Below are positions 1 through 11,963 of a DNA stretch of 64,000 nucleotides, piece after piece; within the stretch, counting starts at the first letter, position 1, and the number at the start of each line of letters is the position of its first letter. The notes beneath the pieces were generated by a model. The model saw only the letters and a list, made by a program, of their open reading frames with translations, did not search any database and was not told where the DNA came from. Made by a program: the position numbers and the translations under genes. Source of the DNA: Botryllus schlosseri (lineage: Eukaryota); NCBI GenBank assembly GCA_051294905.1, contig CM119371.1, positions 22,446,001 through 22,510,000 on the forward strand. The letters run 5' to 3'.

Positions 1-1250
1 ATCGGTGTGTTGCTCGTCTTCGCTCCAGCGGAGTCCGAAAATAAATGTGGTTAATTTTCGCGAGCCTCGATGCCGAGATTTGTGCTTCGACGGCCAGTGC
101 AGCAACACAACTGAACTCGGAGATGTGGCGTTATCTTTTTCTTGGTAAGGAGCGGAATCCCTCTTCAGTACTCTGAATTTCGAAATGAATGAATTATTTC
201 AAGCGCGGGTATACGGCAGGAGAAACGGGACCTTCGCATTAATCAGTAACCAAGAAGTAGCGCTTGGTTTTAAAAAGGTTGTTGATCCTTGCCGTATAGT
301 TTATTTGTTTATGACTACCAACAATAGAGAGAAATGTGTCAAGGAGAAAAATGTGTCAGTGTTGCTTCTATGTATGCCGTTATGAGGTTCACCGACATAA
401 GATCAATAACATATTTAATCACAATTTAGTAGCCAGAGATACCACAAGATAGCGACACAGGGTAAACTGAAAAGACAGCGAGGAGTTGAATATACTTGAA
501 TAGTCTTTCAAACAAACCTACATATATTTGCAAAAGAACATGCTAATTAGAGGCATGTACATCGCACAGTGCACACTCAATGAAAAGTGCCATAAGATAT
601 CACAAAAAGTACACGCAGTATAATAAGGGAGTGGGAATGTGTCGGTATAGGTGAAGTCGATATGTCAGATTTCTGTCCGGTGATATCAGCCGCATAGCAG
701 TATTCATTCAGTAGAATCTGCTTATATTTTGTCTTGAATGTGAACAATGAATAGTTGAAAATGCTGTACGGCTGTCGCATTGCCCGTGAAATAGGGATTT
801 ATAGTTGTGGTCGATCATACTCGAAAGAGCGTGGCGTTCACTGGTAATTCCTACTGATCATAATTGGACGATGAGGAATCAAGTGTACTTGTACTTATGC
901 ACTAATGAGTATACAGTAAAATTCGAGTGTGTTATCGAACGCTGGTGTAGCCTATATATAACAATTCAATCTCGAACTTCGGAATATCATACACATCCAG
1001 GGGTTGAATAACTCGTTGTTCCTAACAGCACCGTGGTCATAATTCATGCTTCTTCGTCGTTCGACAGACCTGATCCGGTTCAAAACGGCTAATTCGAATC
1101 TCTCGCCCTCACAAATAGTTAGAATTGATTTCGCATCATATATTGACCATTGCTACATTCTCGACCGAAATGTAAATTTCGGAACTTCATAGTTTGAATC
1201 GTAATTTGAATCGGGTGTCTGGTCGTCGGTGGGATAGCCCATCGAGTTGC

Positions 1251-1322
1251 GCTGTGATCGTATAGTGGTTAGTACTTCACGTTGTGGCCGTGATAACCTA
1301 GGTTCGAATCCTGGTCACAGCA
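1251..1322 (+). tRNA. tRNA-His(GUG), copy 1
   Basis: 72-nt cloverleaf GCTGTGA...TCACAGC-A. Anticodon arm TCACG-TTGTGGC-CGTGA, T-loop TTCGAAT (one G-U in the T stem), TTTT Pol III terminator just downstream. Matches the eukaryotic tRNA-His pattern. Confidence 0.92.
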
Positions 1323-2437
1323 CGTTTTGTACTATCGTTGCGCAATATGCCAGTAACGATGGTGGGACGACGACGTCTACTACGACCGCGTATACAAATC
1401 TGACATCGGCAACGGCTGAGACGAGATGACCCGATGATGGGGGAAGATTTCCTTTATGAAAAATTTGATATTTTATGTACATATTTGAATAAACATCACT
1501 AAAACGGTATGAAGCCTGATTTTATTTCTTGCGAAAGTGGTTCTCAACCGGGATACCTCTTTCACTGAACAGGAGTGCCGCGAGAAAATGAGGTGAAGAG
1601 GTTTGCTGTCGACATATAGCAAAAATTTAGGACATCCAAATTCTGCGTAGCATTTGGGAAGCTCATGACTAAGAAGAAGGTGATCACCGGCCGAGATGGT
1701 GTGATTACAGGACCCATGTGATCAATTGCGACTTGCGAGCATGATCGCTTTTGAATCACGCGATTACGATTACGATCAAATCGAAACTCGAAGTAGTCAA
1801 TTGCGATAACGATTACATTGAAAAGTCAGGGATGTCCCTGGGAAAAGTACTCAGGAAAAACAAATCCAGTGCACAACTTTTTAGCTCACGATTTTCGAAC
1901 GATTTTCATCCGAACATGGTGTAAGCCAGGGGCGGGCAACTTCTCCAGCCGGCGGGCCGGATATATAGGAAAATTAAGTAATTGGCGGGCCGTATTGACG
2001 AATCGATACATTATTCGCCCATTTATCCTCATATACTGTACAATGAATAATTCGTATTTAGTGAATGTATTTCAACGACAGCAATGTCACCTCAAATCCA
2101 TTTCTCGCCAATGTGGATTTGAGAACAGCAATGTCGCACAGGCGCCGCCATGTCTACTTCTCTCTGATCAATCAACACACGGTGCAATCATAGCGTCCTA
2201 TATGGTGTGGATACAAGCAAATCTCACAGCTCTGTGAAATTGTCTACGTCACACTTTCCATTTGGTCAAATGCAATTTGACGGTAATTATTGACCGACTT
2301 GCCGAGTATTAAATTTGATAAAATTGGTATCAATCGAAAGCTATACCGTGGTAGGCTACTGATTGCGAAAATATCGATTATATTCTGCTCGTAGTCCTGG
2401 ATCCCCCCAAAACCAGCTTCAAATGTTGCATTGTAAC

Positions 2438-2804
2438 TAGGCTTACCATACGTCCTCTTTTAAGAGGATTTGTCCTCTTTTTTGACTTTTTTGAAAGTGT
2501 CCTCGGAGGACGCCCTTTTGTCCTCTTTTTTGAGATTTTGTCCTCTTTTTTGAAAATTTAGGTCAGATTTAGAGGAAATTGCGAGTGATATGCCGCAAAT
2601 TAGCGCAGAAGTGAAGCTCCGGCGGGTATTTCGGAGGGAAAAGTGGTGATTTCAGCTCTGAGCGAGAAGAAGACCTTTTTTTTTTTTTTTTTTTTTAGTC
2701 ATCCACCTGGCAATGTGGAGTGAAAAACGTGATTTCCAGTTTTGCATCTCTGAAATTTCTGAAAAAGTGTCCTCTTTTTTCATTTCCGAAATATGGTAAG
2801 CCTA
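2438..2804. mobile_element. hAT-type MITE (TAGGCTTACCATA TIR, GTCCTC subterminal repeats)
   Basis: TIRs TAGGCTTACCATA/TATGGTAAGCCTA; perfect 8-bp TSD ATTGTAAC. Confidence 0.9.
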
Positions 2805-4534
2805 ATTGTAACGGAGTTTGGTATCGTGATGCAACCATGCCGTCTTGGAGCAGGTGAGAAGCAGCGTAAACCGCAAGCGTATTGGCCATTGTTGCGCAAC
2901 CGATTTAGCATTCACACTCTCGCCATGGAAAACTGAATGGGATAGAACGGTAACTGCATGGCCTGTCAATCATTTACGGTCGGATGATAGTGAGCATGAT
3001 GCAAGGTCGCGCTAGTTACAAGACCTTGGCAAAGTCGGCATTGAGAAAGTTTCTGTTGTCTTTGCCGATCGGTTGTAGCATTTGACTTTATATCTGTATG
3101 TTTCGGAGATCTATATTGGTGCTTATTTACAGCTATCGAATATTGGAAATGCCTGCAAACAGTTGTGCCGTCCCTGGTTATAATACTGTTGGGAAAATAG
3201 TAATTGGGATCTGTGTTTTCATCATTATTATTTTAATTTCATGAGGTACACGGCTTACTCATTTACACAGTGAGCCTATGTCTATTGAAATTATGGCCTC
3301 GCACGTTAGTGGCGATGTTTAAGAATGATACGATATTATTCACAAAATCAAACGACAGGCTTCTCTCTGCCAAATTTTTACTTGAGCTCGTGGAAAGGAT
3401 AATTTATAAGGCCTATACTGGAATAAAGCCGCCTCAGCCAGAGTCATTAGTGTCTGCCATTATTTCTGAAAGGGAGAGTGATATTTTAGAATATATGGCT
3501 GATTTTACTTTTGAGAAAGGCGATTCGAAAATTCAATGACCAGTTAGACCAGGGGTGGGCAAACTACGGTTGCGGCCCGCAACACCGTTTTGTGCGGCCC
3601 GCGAGAGTCTCAAGAAACTTGTTCTCGAAGAAGCTAGTTAGTAAATTTCAGAAATAAAGGAAATCAAATAACGGAAGCCAGGGTATATGTGGTGATTTGA
3701 AGGGAAACCCTTGATCATAAATGATACCGCAGCGTTTCACAATGTTTGCAACTTCAAAATTGGTGGCATGAAGCGTACAATGTAGTTTTAGTGAATCTGG
3801 AAAAAACACTAACCTTACAGTAGCCTATATTGTAATTCAGCGCCAGTGTCCTTAAATAGTTTCTAATCTGGTATATTTTCAGATTTGACTAACATGCCCT
3901 ATCCACACTGCTTACTGTCTCTCTGCGATGCTAACGATTGACATCTCATTGCAAATATGTGATTGCAGTGTCGTCAAGAAATGTTATTACAAGAAGGACA
4001 GTTTGATTGCAATGCCTACCACAGTTAAGGGATACAACAGTAGCCTATATCACCACTATCACCACCATGCAGTCTTGCGGCATTGTTGACTGCTACTTAT
4101 ATTTAGGCATGCAATCCTTCAATGTCTCATCTGTTGAATAAATTATAAACTCCCAACAGTCATGTGTGGTATTGTATATATTTATCAGCCATTTGCTAGA
4201 TGGTATTCAGTTATGCAGAGCTATCCGGGCACAACTGGAAGTGAGCTGATTAGTGCATGAAAACATCAGGGAGACCAAAGTATGAACCCAGTTAGAATGA
4301 AAGATCTCCTCGTCGCCATGACCCTTTCATATCCAGCAAATGGGTTAGGTGACAGTCTTGGAGGTTCTTCATCATCGGATTTTGTGATCTGCTTACACGG
4401 TCCGTGGCGTTGTGTGGCTGGGCACGGGCAGTGATCATCTGTGATGCAATAATCTTGACCTGAGTGAAATTGTTTGTCTCTAGCTGCACCTTGATTGCTA
4501 CTTAGTAACAGTACAGCACAAATATTCCTACATG

Positions 4535-4933
4535 TAGGGTTACCATATATTTTGAAATCGGGAAGGAGGACACTTTGACCAAATCAGTACAGTTGGTTGA
4601 TCAATACTGAAAACAGCCGATTTCGCAATTTTTTGCTGTAAAATTTGGCGATTTTAATAAAAAATTAAAAAAATGGTCATCACTTTCGTTCGACTACCGA
4701 TTTACGCACTTTTTACTTAAAATTACTGGTGTTGACTAAAAAAAGGTCGTCACTTCTGCTCGAGCCTCCGTATTAGCTATTAGCGTCATTTATTCCCATT
4801 TTACCTCGGACACTGTCATTTATCTTAGCTTTAAAAGCTGTAAAGGAGGACGAATTGCCAAAAAGGAGGATATTTAGGCATCCTCGGGGGACATTTTCAA
4901 AAACCTAAAAAAGGAGGACGTATGGTAACCCTA
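4535..4933. mobile_element. hAT-type MITE, related to 2438-2804
   Basis: TIRs TAGGGTTACCATA/TATGGTAACCCTA; perfect 8-bp TSD CCTACATG; GAGGAC repeats. Confidence 0.9.
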
Positions 4934-6397
4934 CCTACATGTCAAGAAAACCTCGTAGGAAATTGACAGACTGACCAAGATATACCTTAAGAGTTAGACT
5001 GTGGCGATTACAGCTATATCAATATGGGGTAAAGGGGGAAAAATAGTATCAACTTGAATGGTCAGCATCCATGATGATCATCTATTGTGGTCATTGCGGT
5101 AATCCTTGGTCTGAATACCAGTACAGTTATGCAGTGGTATGCGAGAAAATAGAAGTGCCTATCACAATTTTAAACGCAAGAATTCTTCAACTACCTCACT
5201 TTGTGGTGAAATGACTATGAATTACAACACTTTCTTCTTCTTGACAATGGGTCCTTCATAGATATAGTCCAAACATTATTAGTGCTATGCGTGGAGGAGG
5301 AACCGGCATTTGACCCTTCAATTTTCTTCGGCAAACCCCATCCTGTAATGATAGGACAAAAATGATCAGAGTTGGCATAAACTGGTCACATTTTTGATAT
5401 ATATATATATAGGCCTATATAAATTGGTATAGAATCTATAATACGCTTCAACCATTTAGCCTACAGCATTGCAAAAAGCGTGGGAGCTGTTTGCAATTTA
5501 TAAACTTGCATTTGAAAGTAGCTCAAAATTTTTTGTAGTTCATTTATTTGTAGATGCCTGCTGGCCTTAAAATAGTAAATTCAAAACTGACCTAATGTTA
5601 GGTTTAATATGACCATTGACCAGCTTCCTCCAAATCAAGATATAAAGCTCTCCTTTCTTCTCATATTACAGGCTATCCAGCCACCTATTGAACAGTGATT
5701 GAGCCACAAATCAGCCTTCAACTTGATTATAAATTTGACCTACCTTGAGTATGAGATAGGTCCCTTTTTAATCGTGCAACATAAAAAGAGTTTTTTATCG
5801 CATGCGTTTCTGGACGCTTGCTCTTTCATTGGTGGGGAAGAAAATGATGTGGACTTTTGAGGCAAACTGGGGCAAGGTATCGGTCCCAACTTCAGCCGAC
5901 GTTTCCCAGAGGCCATAGAAGCACCTGCCGCTATATAATATCTTCTGGCCGGAAATATCGATCACATATTTCGGCTCTTGAAAACACAATAAATGGTCCA
6001 TAAAATAAACATAGCCTGATGCCAGTAACAAAGTATCAGTCACAGGATTGCATCAAATAAATATGAATATCTAGCTTTGATATCACCGGCACTGGTTGAA
6101 TTTCTATTTTTCTCACTAGCGACTAGTATTACAACCAGGGACTGCACAACTGTTTGCAGGCATTTCCAATATTCGATAGCTGTAAATAAGCACCAATACA
6201 GACCTGCAAAACATATAAAGATATAAGGTCAAATGCTACAACCGATCGGCAACACCCAACAGAAATCTCTTAATTCCAACTTTGCCAACGTTTTGTGACT
6301 GGCGCGACTTTGCTTCATGGTCACTATCATCCGACCGTAAATGATTGACAGGCCACGCAGTTACCGTTCTATCCCATTCAGTTTTCCACGCTCTCAC

Positions 6398-6987
6398 TAT
6401 AGAAATTAAACATGGAACGGCAACGACCGATTTTGCAGCTTCGTTCCGCTTCGCCGAGGCTGGAGTGGAGAGTGCTTTTGCGTAAGCGACTGTAGGATTT
6501 CTGGCAATCCAAAAGCTATCTTCCCGAGCACAGAAATTATTGAATATGGTCTTGATCGAAAGCCACTGCTGCACCGATTCCGAAAATATAAAGTAAAATA
6601 ATGATCAGGCACTGATCCACCTAGAATCCGTCCTCTAAGTCGAAATATCGGCATTGTTCGAACAATCGGAGAGTCGCAACGGGTCATTGTTATGGTCATT
6701 GTGTTGCGGTTACCCGATAGTTCTGAACAATGCCGATATTTCAGACTTGGAGGACAGATTCTAGGTGGATCAGTGCCTGATCATTATTTAAATTTATATT
6801 TTCGGAATCAGTGCAACAGTAGCTTTCGATCAAGACCAGTTTCAATAATTTCTGCGCTCGGGAAGATAGCTTTTGGATTGCCAGAAATCCTACAGTCGCC
6901 TACGCAAAACAATTCTCCTCTCCAGCCTCTGCGAAGCGGAACGAAGCTGCAAAATCGGTCGTTGCCGTTCCATGTTTAATTTCTATA
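6398..6987. mobile_element. Palindromic foldback MITE with 7-bp TSD
   Basis: Arms of about 280 bp (TATAGAAATTAAACATGGAACGGCAACGACC and its reverse complement) flanked by CTCTCAC on both sides. This explains the mirrored ORFs 6406-6699 and 6692-6979. Confidence 0.85.
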
Positions 6988-7396
6988 CTCTCACTCTCGT
7001 GCGCACTTGATCCTGAGCTGCTCAGACGGCATATCGTTGCGTCACAATACCAAACTCCGTTACAATGCCACATTCGAGGCTAATTTTGACGGGTCCAGAA
7101 CGACGAGCAGAATAAAAGGTATATTTTCGAAATCAGTACCATGATAGCTTTCGATTGATAGCCTACTTGTTTTATCAAATTTAATGCCCGACAAGCTGGT
7201 TCAAAATTACCGTCAAATTGCCTTTGGCCAAATGAAAAGTGCGACGTAGACCAATCTCACTGAGCCGTGAGGTTTTCTAGTGTCCATACCATATAGACCA
7301 CTATGGTGAAATCCTTAATTACGATTTCGAGGCGTTCGATTAGCCCGGTAGGCCTACCCCAAATTTACCAAGATATCAATTCATTAGGGTTGGTCA

Positions 7397-7630
7397 GGTG
7401 GCGAGATAGCGTAGTGATAGCCTATATTCCACAGCTACAGCACCAATGGGTTATGGGTTCGAGTCCAGAACTCCTACTTAAGAGTTGGAGGTTTATCTAG
7501 GCTTCTCCTCGCCATCTTATTCGCATAAGCGGTGTCTTACAAAAGCCTGGAAGTGTGCCGTGGTACAAGTCGGTGGTTACGGAAACAAATATAAGAAATA
7601 TGGGCCTGGTGTAAATGACCATTGTAGTCG
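7397..7630 (+). mobile_element. tRNA-derived SINE-like segment carried inside the CAGGGGCGGGCAAC MITE
   Basis: A-box-like TAGCGTAGTGA and B-box GGTTCGAGTCC. The body (GGAGGTTT...AAAAGCC...GTGCCGTGGTACAAGTCGG) is shared with 42232-42600 and 57190-57425. Confidence 0.6.
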
Positions 7631-7941
7631 TCAAACACAATGATTACCACGAACAACATTAGTGTTGAGTAGCCTACATCGTAAATGCCAATAATGCAAG
7701 CCTTCTCGCTTCGAAGAGCTTACGCGTAATCTCCACTTTCGTACACTGTTCACACACTATATAAAAACATACAGTAACTGAAATTTGACGTAGTTAGCAA
7801 GTAGTGGGGGATATCGGCAGACTAGGGCCGCTACGGCCACGTTATCATGTAAGACGGGAAACTGTCCGGGGGCCGGACAAAATCACGTCGCGGGCCGTAT
7901 GTTGCTGGCCTCTGGTGTAGGCGGATAGTATCTACATTTAA

Positions 7942-8537
7942 CACTTATAGATCAGTTAGGTGGGGGTAAAATTGACCCCAGACGAACAAATATGTGAGCG
8001 ATATTTTCATGTGCGGTCGGATTGCTCTTGCCAGACATGTAATCATAAATGATGTTATATACACTATCAATCGGAATAAAGCGCATTAGCTGATTATCGC
8101 TAATACCTCGCCGCTATGAGGTATTGAGTGGGCATGGGTCAGATTTTGAAGGTATAGTGGGCAGACTAAGTCATTATCTCCTCATTGTGATCGAATCGAT
8201 TTCGACTGTTTATGGCTCTTTCGCATTGCTTCTGTCACATGGAGTAAACTAGGCATTGCGCAAGCTTCTTTGTTGGTTCTTTGTTGTTATAATTAACTGA
8301 TGGGTTTGTTTGACCCCACCTCACCGTTCGTGTAATGGTGTTACGCCTCAGGGGGAACTTTGAAACATGTAGACAGTAGGGTTGAAAAACGGAAGATTCG
8401 TCGTTATAACGTCATGCAGAAGGTTATTAGACAGTTGTGTAACGAAATTAGTAAGAAAAAAAGCATATTAACTGAAAGGGTCAATTTGACAACACCTAAC
8501 CAATCGTGTAATGGTCTCCCACCTAACTGGTCTGGGG
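7942..8537. mobile_element. piggyBac-like non-autonomous element
   Basis: Flanked by TTAA on both sides; imperfect inverted ends AGATCAGTTAGGTGGG / CCCACCTAACTGGTCT. Confidence 0.5.
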
Positions 8538-8947
8538 TTAAAATTTAAATATGCAGTAAAGAATTGCAAAATAAAGATTGCTGGCGGTCTCAAGTGCGCC
8601 CATAGGAGAATAAGACAAAGTTAACATGAAATTCGGCCATTACGAGCCTATTTCCAAAGTTGAACATACGAACACCCACAATTTGCCTAATATGGATATT
8701 GCAGCAAACAATACGTTCATATTGTCAAATTTATTCCACTGTAAGATTTTCGACTGGCTCTCTTCAGCAGTGAACGCCAGTAAATGAGGTTAACCAAGTT
8801 CGAAATATAGAAAGAATTTTGTCGCTGTGACGTAATAATGACAAATTGACAAGTACACAAGTCGCGAACGGCCGTAAACAGCGCACGGTCACGGCACAGC
8901 ACACACTAAATCAGCTGTAAAACAGCCGAATGACAAAACAACGCTAA

Positions 8948-9905
8948 TGGAAGATTCCCAGCGTGTAGAGATGTACCTTCTGGCGGCAGAGGATTGGCCT
9001 TTGCAGCTTTATAATGGTTGATTCAAGGACCTTTAAATGAAAAAGAGAACGACCACGAGCAACTATGGAAAACTGATTGTTACTGTAATGTTTTGCACAC
9101 TCTGGGTGTTTCAATAGGTGCTCTCCGATGGCATAATTACATGCTGTTGGTCATAATCACTCGTGGTAACTAGGGACTGTGATGATGAAGCAGACATGTC
9201 ATCACCCTGCGAATTCCTAATTTGACGTGGGACGTGTTGACGAATTCTTTGTAGCAAGCGTTAAGATGTGCGACCGACATACCGACTGTCGCATCGGCAC
9301 AAATATTGGTAAATTATGTTACTCTGATCAATCGCAGGAAGCACATCCTTACGCGTTGCTGGTAGTACAGATTTCATAGTAAAAATGACACGGGGTTCAA
9401 CTTGTGGGAAATTATGACTCACGGAGGACTTAATCTGTTTTTCAAACCTGTTGCAAGCTGTGCCTATCCACGGAAGATGCAAATAAACTGGGCACCTTCT
9501 CGGTCCATACGGCTTATCTTTGTGGAAATCTTGTATTTTACGTTCAATAGTTACTTTGACAATATGCTCAGGATAGCCATTGGCAAGGAAGATGGATTTG
9601 ATAGTATTTATTTCAAAATCCAGTTTGTCATTACTGCAAATCATCAGGGCCCTGTGTACCAGGGTTCTTATCAAATTGATTTTACGTTTCACAGGGCAAA
9701 ACGAATCCCATGAAAGATACTGACCACTGAATGTAGTCTTACGGTAGACAGATGTAACAAAATTATTGTTCATCTTCTCAACAAAGACATCCACAAACGG
9801 TATCGAATTGTTATTCTCTTTTTCAACAGTAAACTTTTGAGAAGGGTGAAGGTTATTTAATTTGGCCAGAAACAAATCACATTGAGCTTTATTATCAAAC
9901 ATGAC
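8948..9905 (-). mobile_element. Penelope-like retroelement 3' fragment (RT C-terminus plus GIY-YIG endonuclease), 5' truncated
   Basis: ORF 9261-9902 has IPFVDVFV, TSVYRKTTFSGQYL, NGYP and NIIYQYLCRCDSRYVGRTS. After a premature stop it continues with RLLQRIRQHVP and later VLESTIIKLQRPILCRQK. Confidence 0.88.
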
Positions 9906-10061
9906 ACGTTTGCTAATATTATCAATAATCCAATCAATAGTCCAATGACTAAGGTCGATTCGAGTGCGGAAATCAGATAGACAAGAGTGCGGCCTCTATA
10001 CCTGATGTAAAAAATCTTTTGTCATGATAGTTTTTAGCGCAACTGGCATTATCGGCAAAAT

Positions 10062-10639
10062 CAGGGGCGGGCAACTTCTCCTGTCGTTTGGCCTGATATG
10101 GGAAAATGAAGTAGGCCTATACTTGGCGGGCCGTATTACAGAATCGATACATTAATTGCGTAATTATCCACCTATACAAGGAATTAATCGTATTTGATGT
10201 AAACTTCAAGTTCAAAGCATCAGAGACCAATAACAATATTTTTTGAATTATTAACCTAACCTATCGCCTACTTCAATAGGTGTTGAGGTCAATCAGACAT
10301 GTTTGGCCGATTACAGTTGTCAGCCGGTTCTTTGAACTCTGGCTGCATGCCGGGTGTAGTGAGGACTGCACGTGAACATCAGTTGTATTTACACTGGATC
10401 ACAGCCTAGCCTTTCTAATGTTTATGCCATGGTCGAAAATGTTTGGCCGGAAATGTATGTGGACCCGAACAGATCAAGTAAAGTTTCTGAACCATCTTTC
10501 TCAGATTGGCAAACTTGGATTCATTTTGCGACGCATAAAATTTGTCAGTACTTTCAGATTAGAGTGTCACTTTCAGGGCAGACACTCGCTGCGGGCCACT
10601 CAAAATCCCGTCGCGGGCCGTATGTTGCCCCCCCCCCTG
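10062..10639. mobile_element. hAT-type MITE, CAGGGGCGGGCAAC family
   Basis: Starts CAGGGGCGGGCAACTTCTC and ends TATGTTGCCCCCCCCCCTG; both ends match family copies. Confidence 0.65.
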
Positions 10640-10939
10640 GGCTAAATGCTTATCAATGGCAGAGTTCATAGCCAAGGCCTGATTGTATTCTAGCAACCGT
10701 ATATCAGTTACAATTGCATTTTCACGTATATGTATTGTGTGCTATCTAATAACACTCGGAATATGTTGTGTGATGCGTTCCTGTAAGCGTTGAGCTGTTC
10801 TACCAGCCGCGCAGTGTCAGGTCAGTACAAGCAATTTTTTCTCAGGCTACATATTGACCACTAGCTGTGCTCGAGGTTTGCCTGTCTGTACGTCATGTTG
10901 GAATCCGAGTACAATGGAAGCTAAGTAGTTCCACTAGTG

Positions 10940-11800
10940 CAGGGGCGGGCAACATGCGGCCCGCGAAGGGATTTTGTCCGGCCCGCAGACAGTTTTCCGT
11001 GTATTAGGCCTACATGATAATGTGACCCGCGGCCCCAGGCTTACGAGATTCCCCACTACTTGCTGGCATACGTCAAATTTTAGTGACCGTTTGTTTTTAT
11101 ACACAGGTATGCGCACTGCGCAGTGCGCGAGGGTGGTGCTTATGCGTAAGTTCGTCGAAGCGAGAAGACTTGCATTATCGGCATTTGACGATGTATACTC
11201 AACCTCATGCCATTTGTGGTAATCATAGTGTTTGTCGACTACAATGGCCATTTACACCAGGTCGATATTTCTTATTTTTGATTCCGTAACAGTCGACGGC
11301 ACACTCCTAGGCTTTTGTAATACACCGCTTATGCCAGGGGTCGCCAACTCGAAACGGACCACTTTCAAATTTCGTAGAGGCCGCGGGCCGCATGAATTCA
11401 AAATCGAGATAATATAGGTCACACAGTTGAACAATCACGCTATCTCGTCACCTACTAAACCCCAATGAATTGATATCTTGGTAAATTTGGGGTACCGGGC
11501 TTATCGAACGCCTTGAAATCTTAATTAAAGATTGCACCATGTGTTGATTGATCAGAGAACAGCAGACATGGTGGCGCCTGTATGGCAATGCTGTTCTCAA
11601 ATCCGCATTGTCTTCGTCATTATTGGCGAGAAATGGCTTTGAAGTTACATTGCTGTCGTTAAAATACATTCATTAAATACGATTTATTCCTCCTATATGT
11701 GGATAAATGGGCGACTAATTTATCGATTCAGCAATCCGGCCCGCCAAGTATTCAATTTTCCTATATCCGGCCCGCCGACTGGAGAAGTTGCCCGCCCCTG
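10940..11800. mobile_element. hAT-type MITE, CAGGGGCGGGCAAC family, compact copy
   Basis: Perfect 14-bp TIRs CAGGGGCGGGCAAC/GTTGCCCGCCCCTG; flanks CACTAGTG / CGACTAGTG. Confidence 0.85.
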
Positions 11801-11963
11801 CGACTAGTGCATGTATGGTTCTTAACCTTGCGTCCAGCGCTCCCCAAGGGGCGCTGGCGATTTTGAAGGGGGGGCGGGGGTGATATGGGGGGCGCTGGGC
11901 TCAGGAGGCGATATGGGGGGCGCTGGAGAAAAATAGCTTCACAGTAGATGATATGGTAGTAGG

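Larger units (their letters stand above)
2189..7305. mobile_element. Long-TIR foldback element, P/Galileo-like
   Basis: Ends CATAG...CTATG; 7-bp TSD GTGCAAT/GTGAAAT. Arms about 2189-3187 and 6125-7305 are inverted copies. The paralogous MITE near 11531-11537 (minus strand) has a single GTGCAAT empty site. Confidence 0.75.
1927..7914. mobile_element. hAT-type MITE (CAGGGGCGGGCAAC family) expanded to 6 kb by nested insertions
   Basis: Imperfect TIRs CAGGGGCGGGCAAC / GTTGCTGGCCTCTG; 8-bp TSD GTGTAAGC/GTGTAGGC. Colinear with the compact copy at 10940-11800 (opposite orientation). Confidence 0.75.

Noticed and set aside
1247..1429. Short ORFs overlapping tRNA genes (also 18695 and 30009)
   Set aside because: They are translations of tRNA sequence from non-ATG starts, not proteins.
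6236..6979. Mirror-image ORFs of 95-112 aa
   Set aside because: They result from the palindromic MITE and show no recognisable domain.
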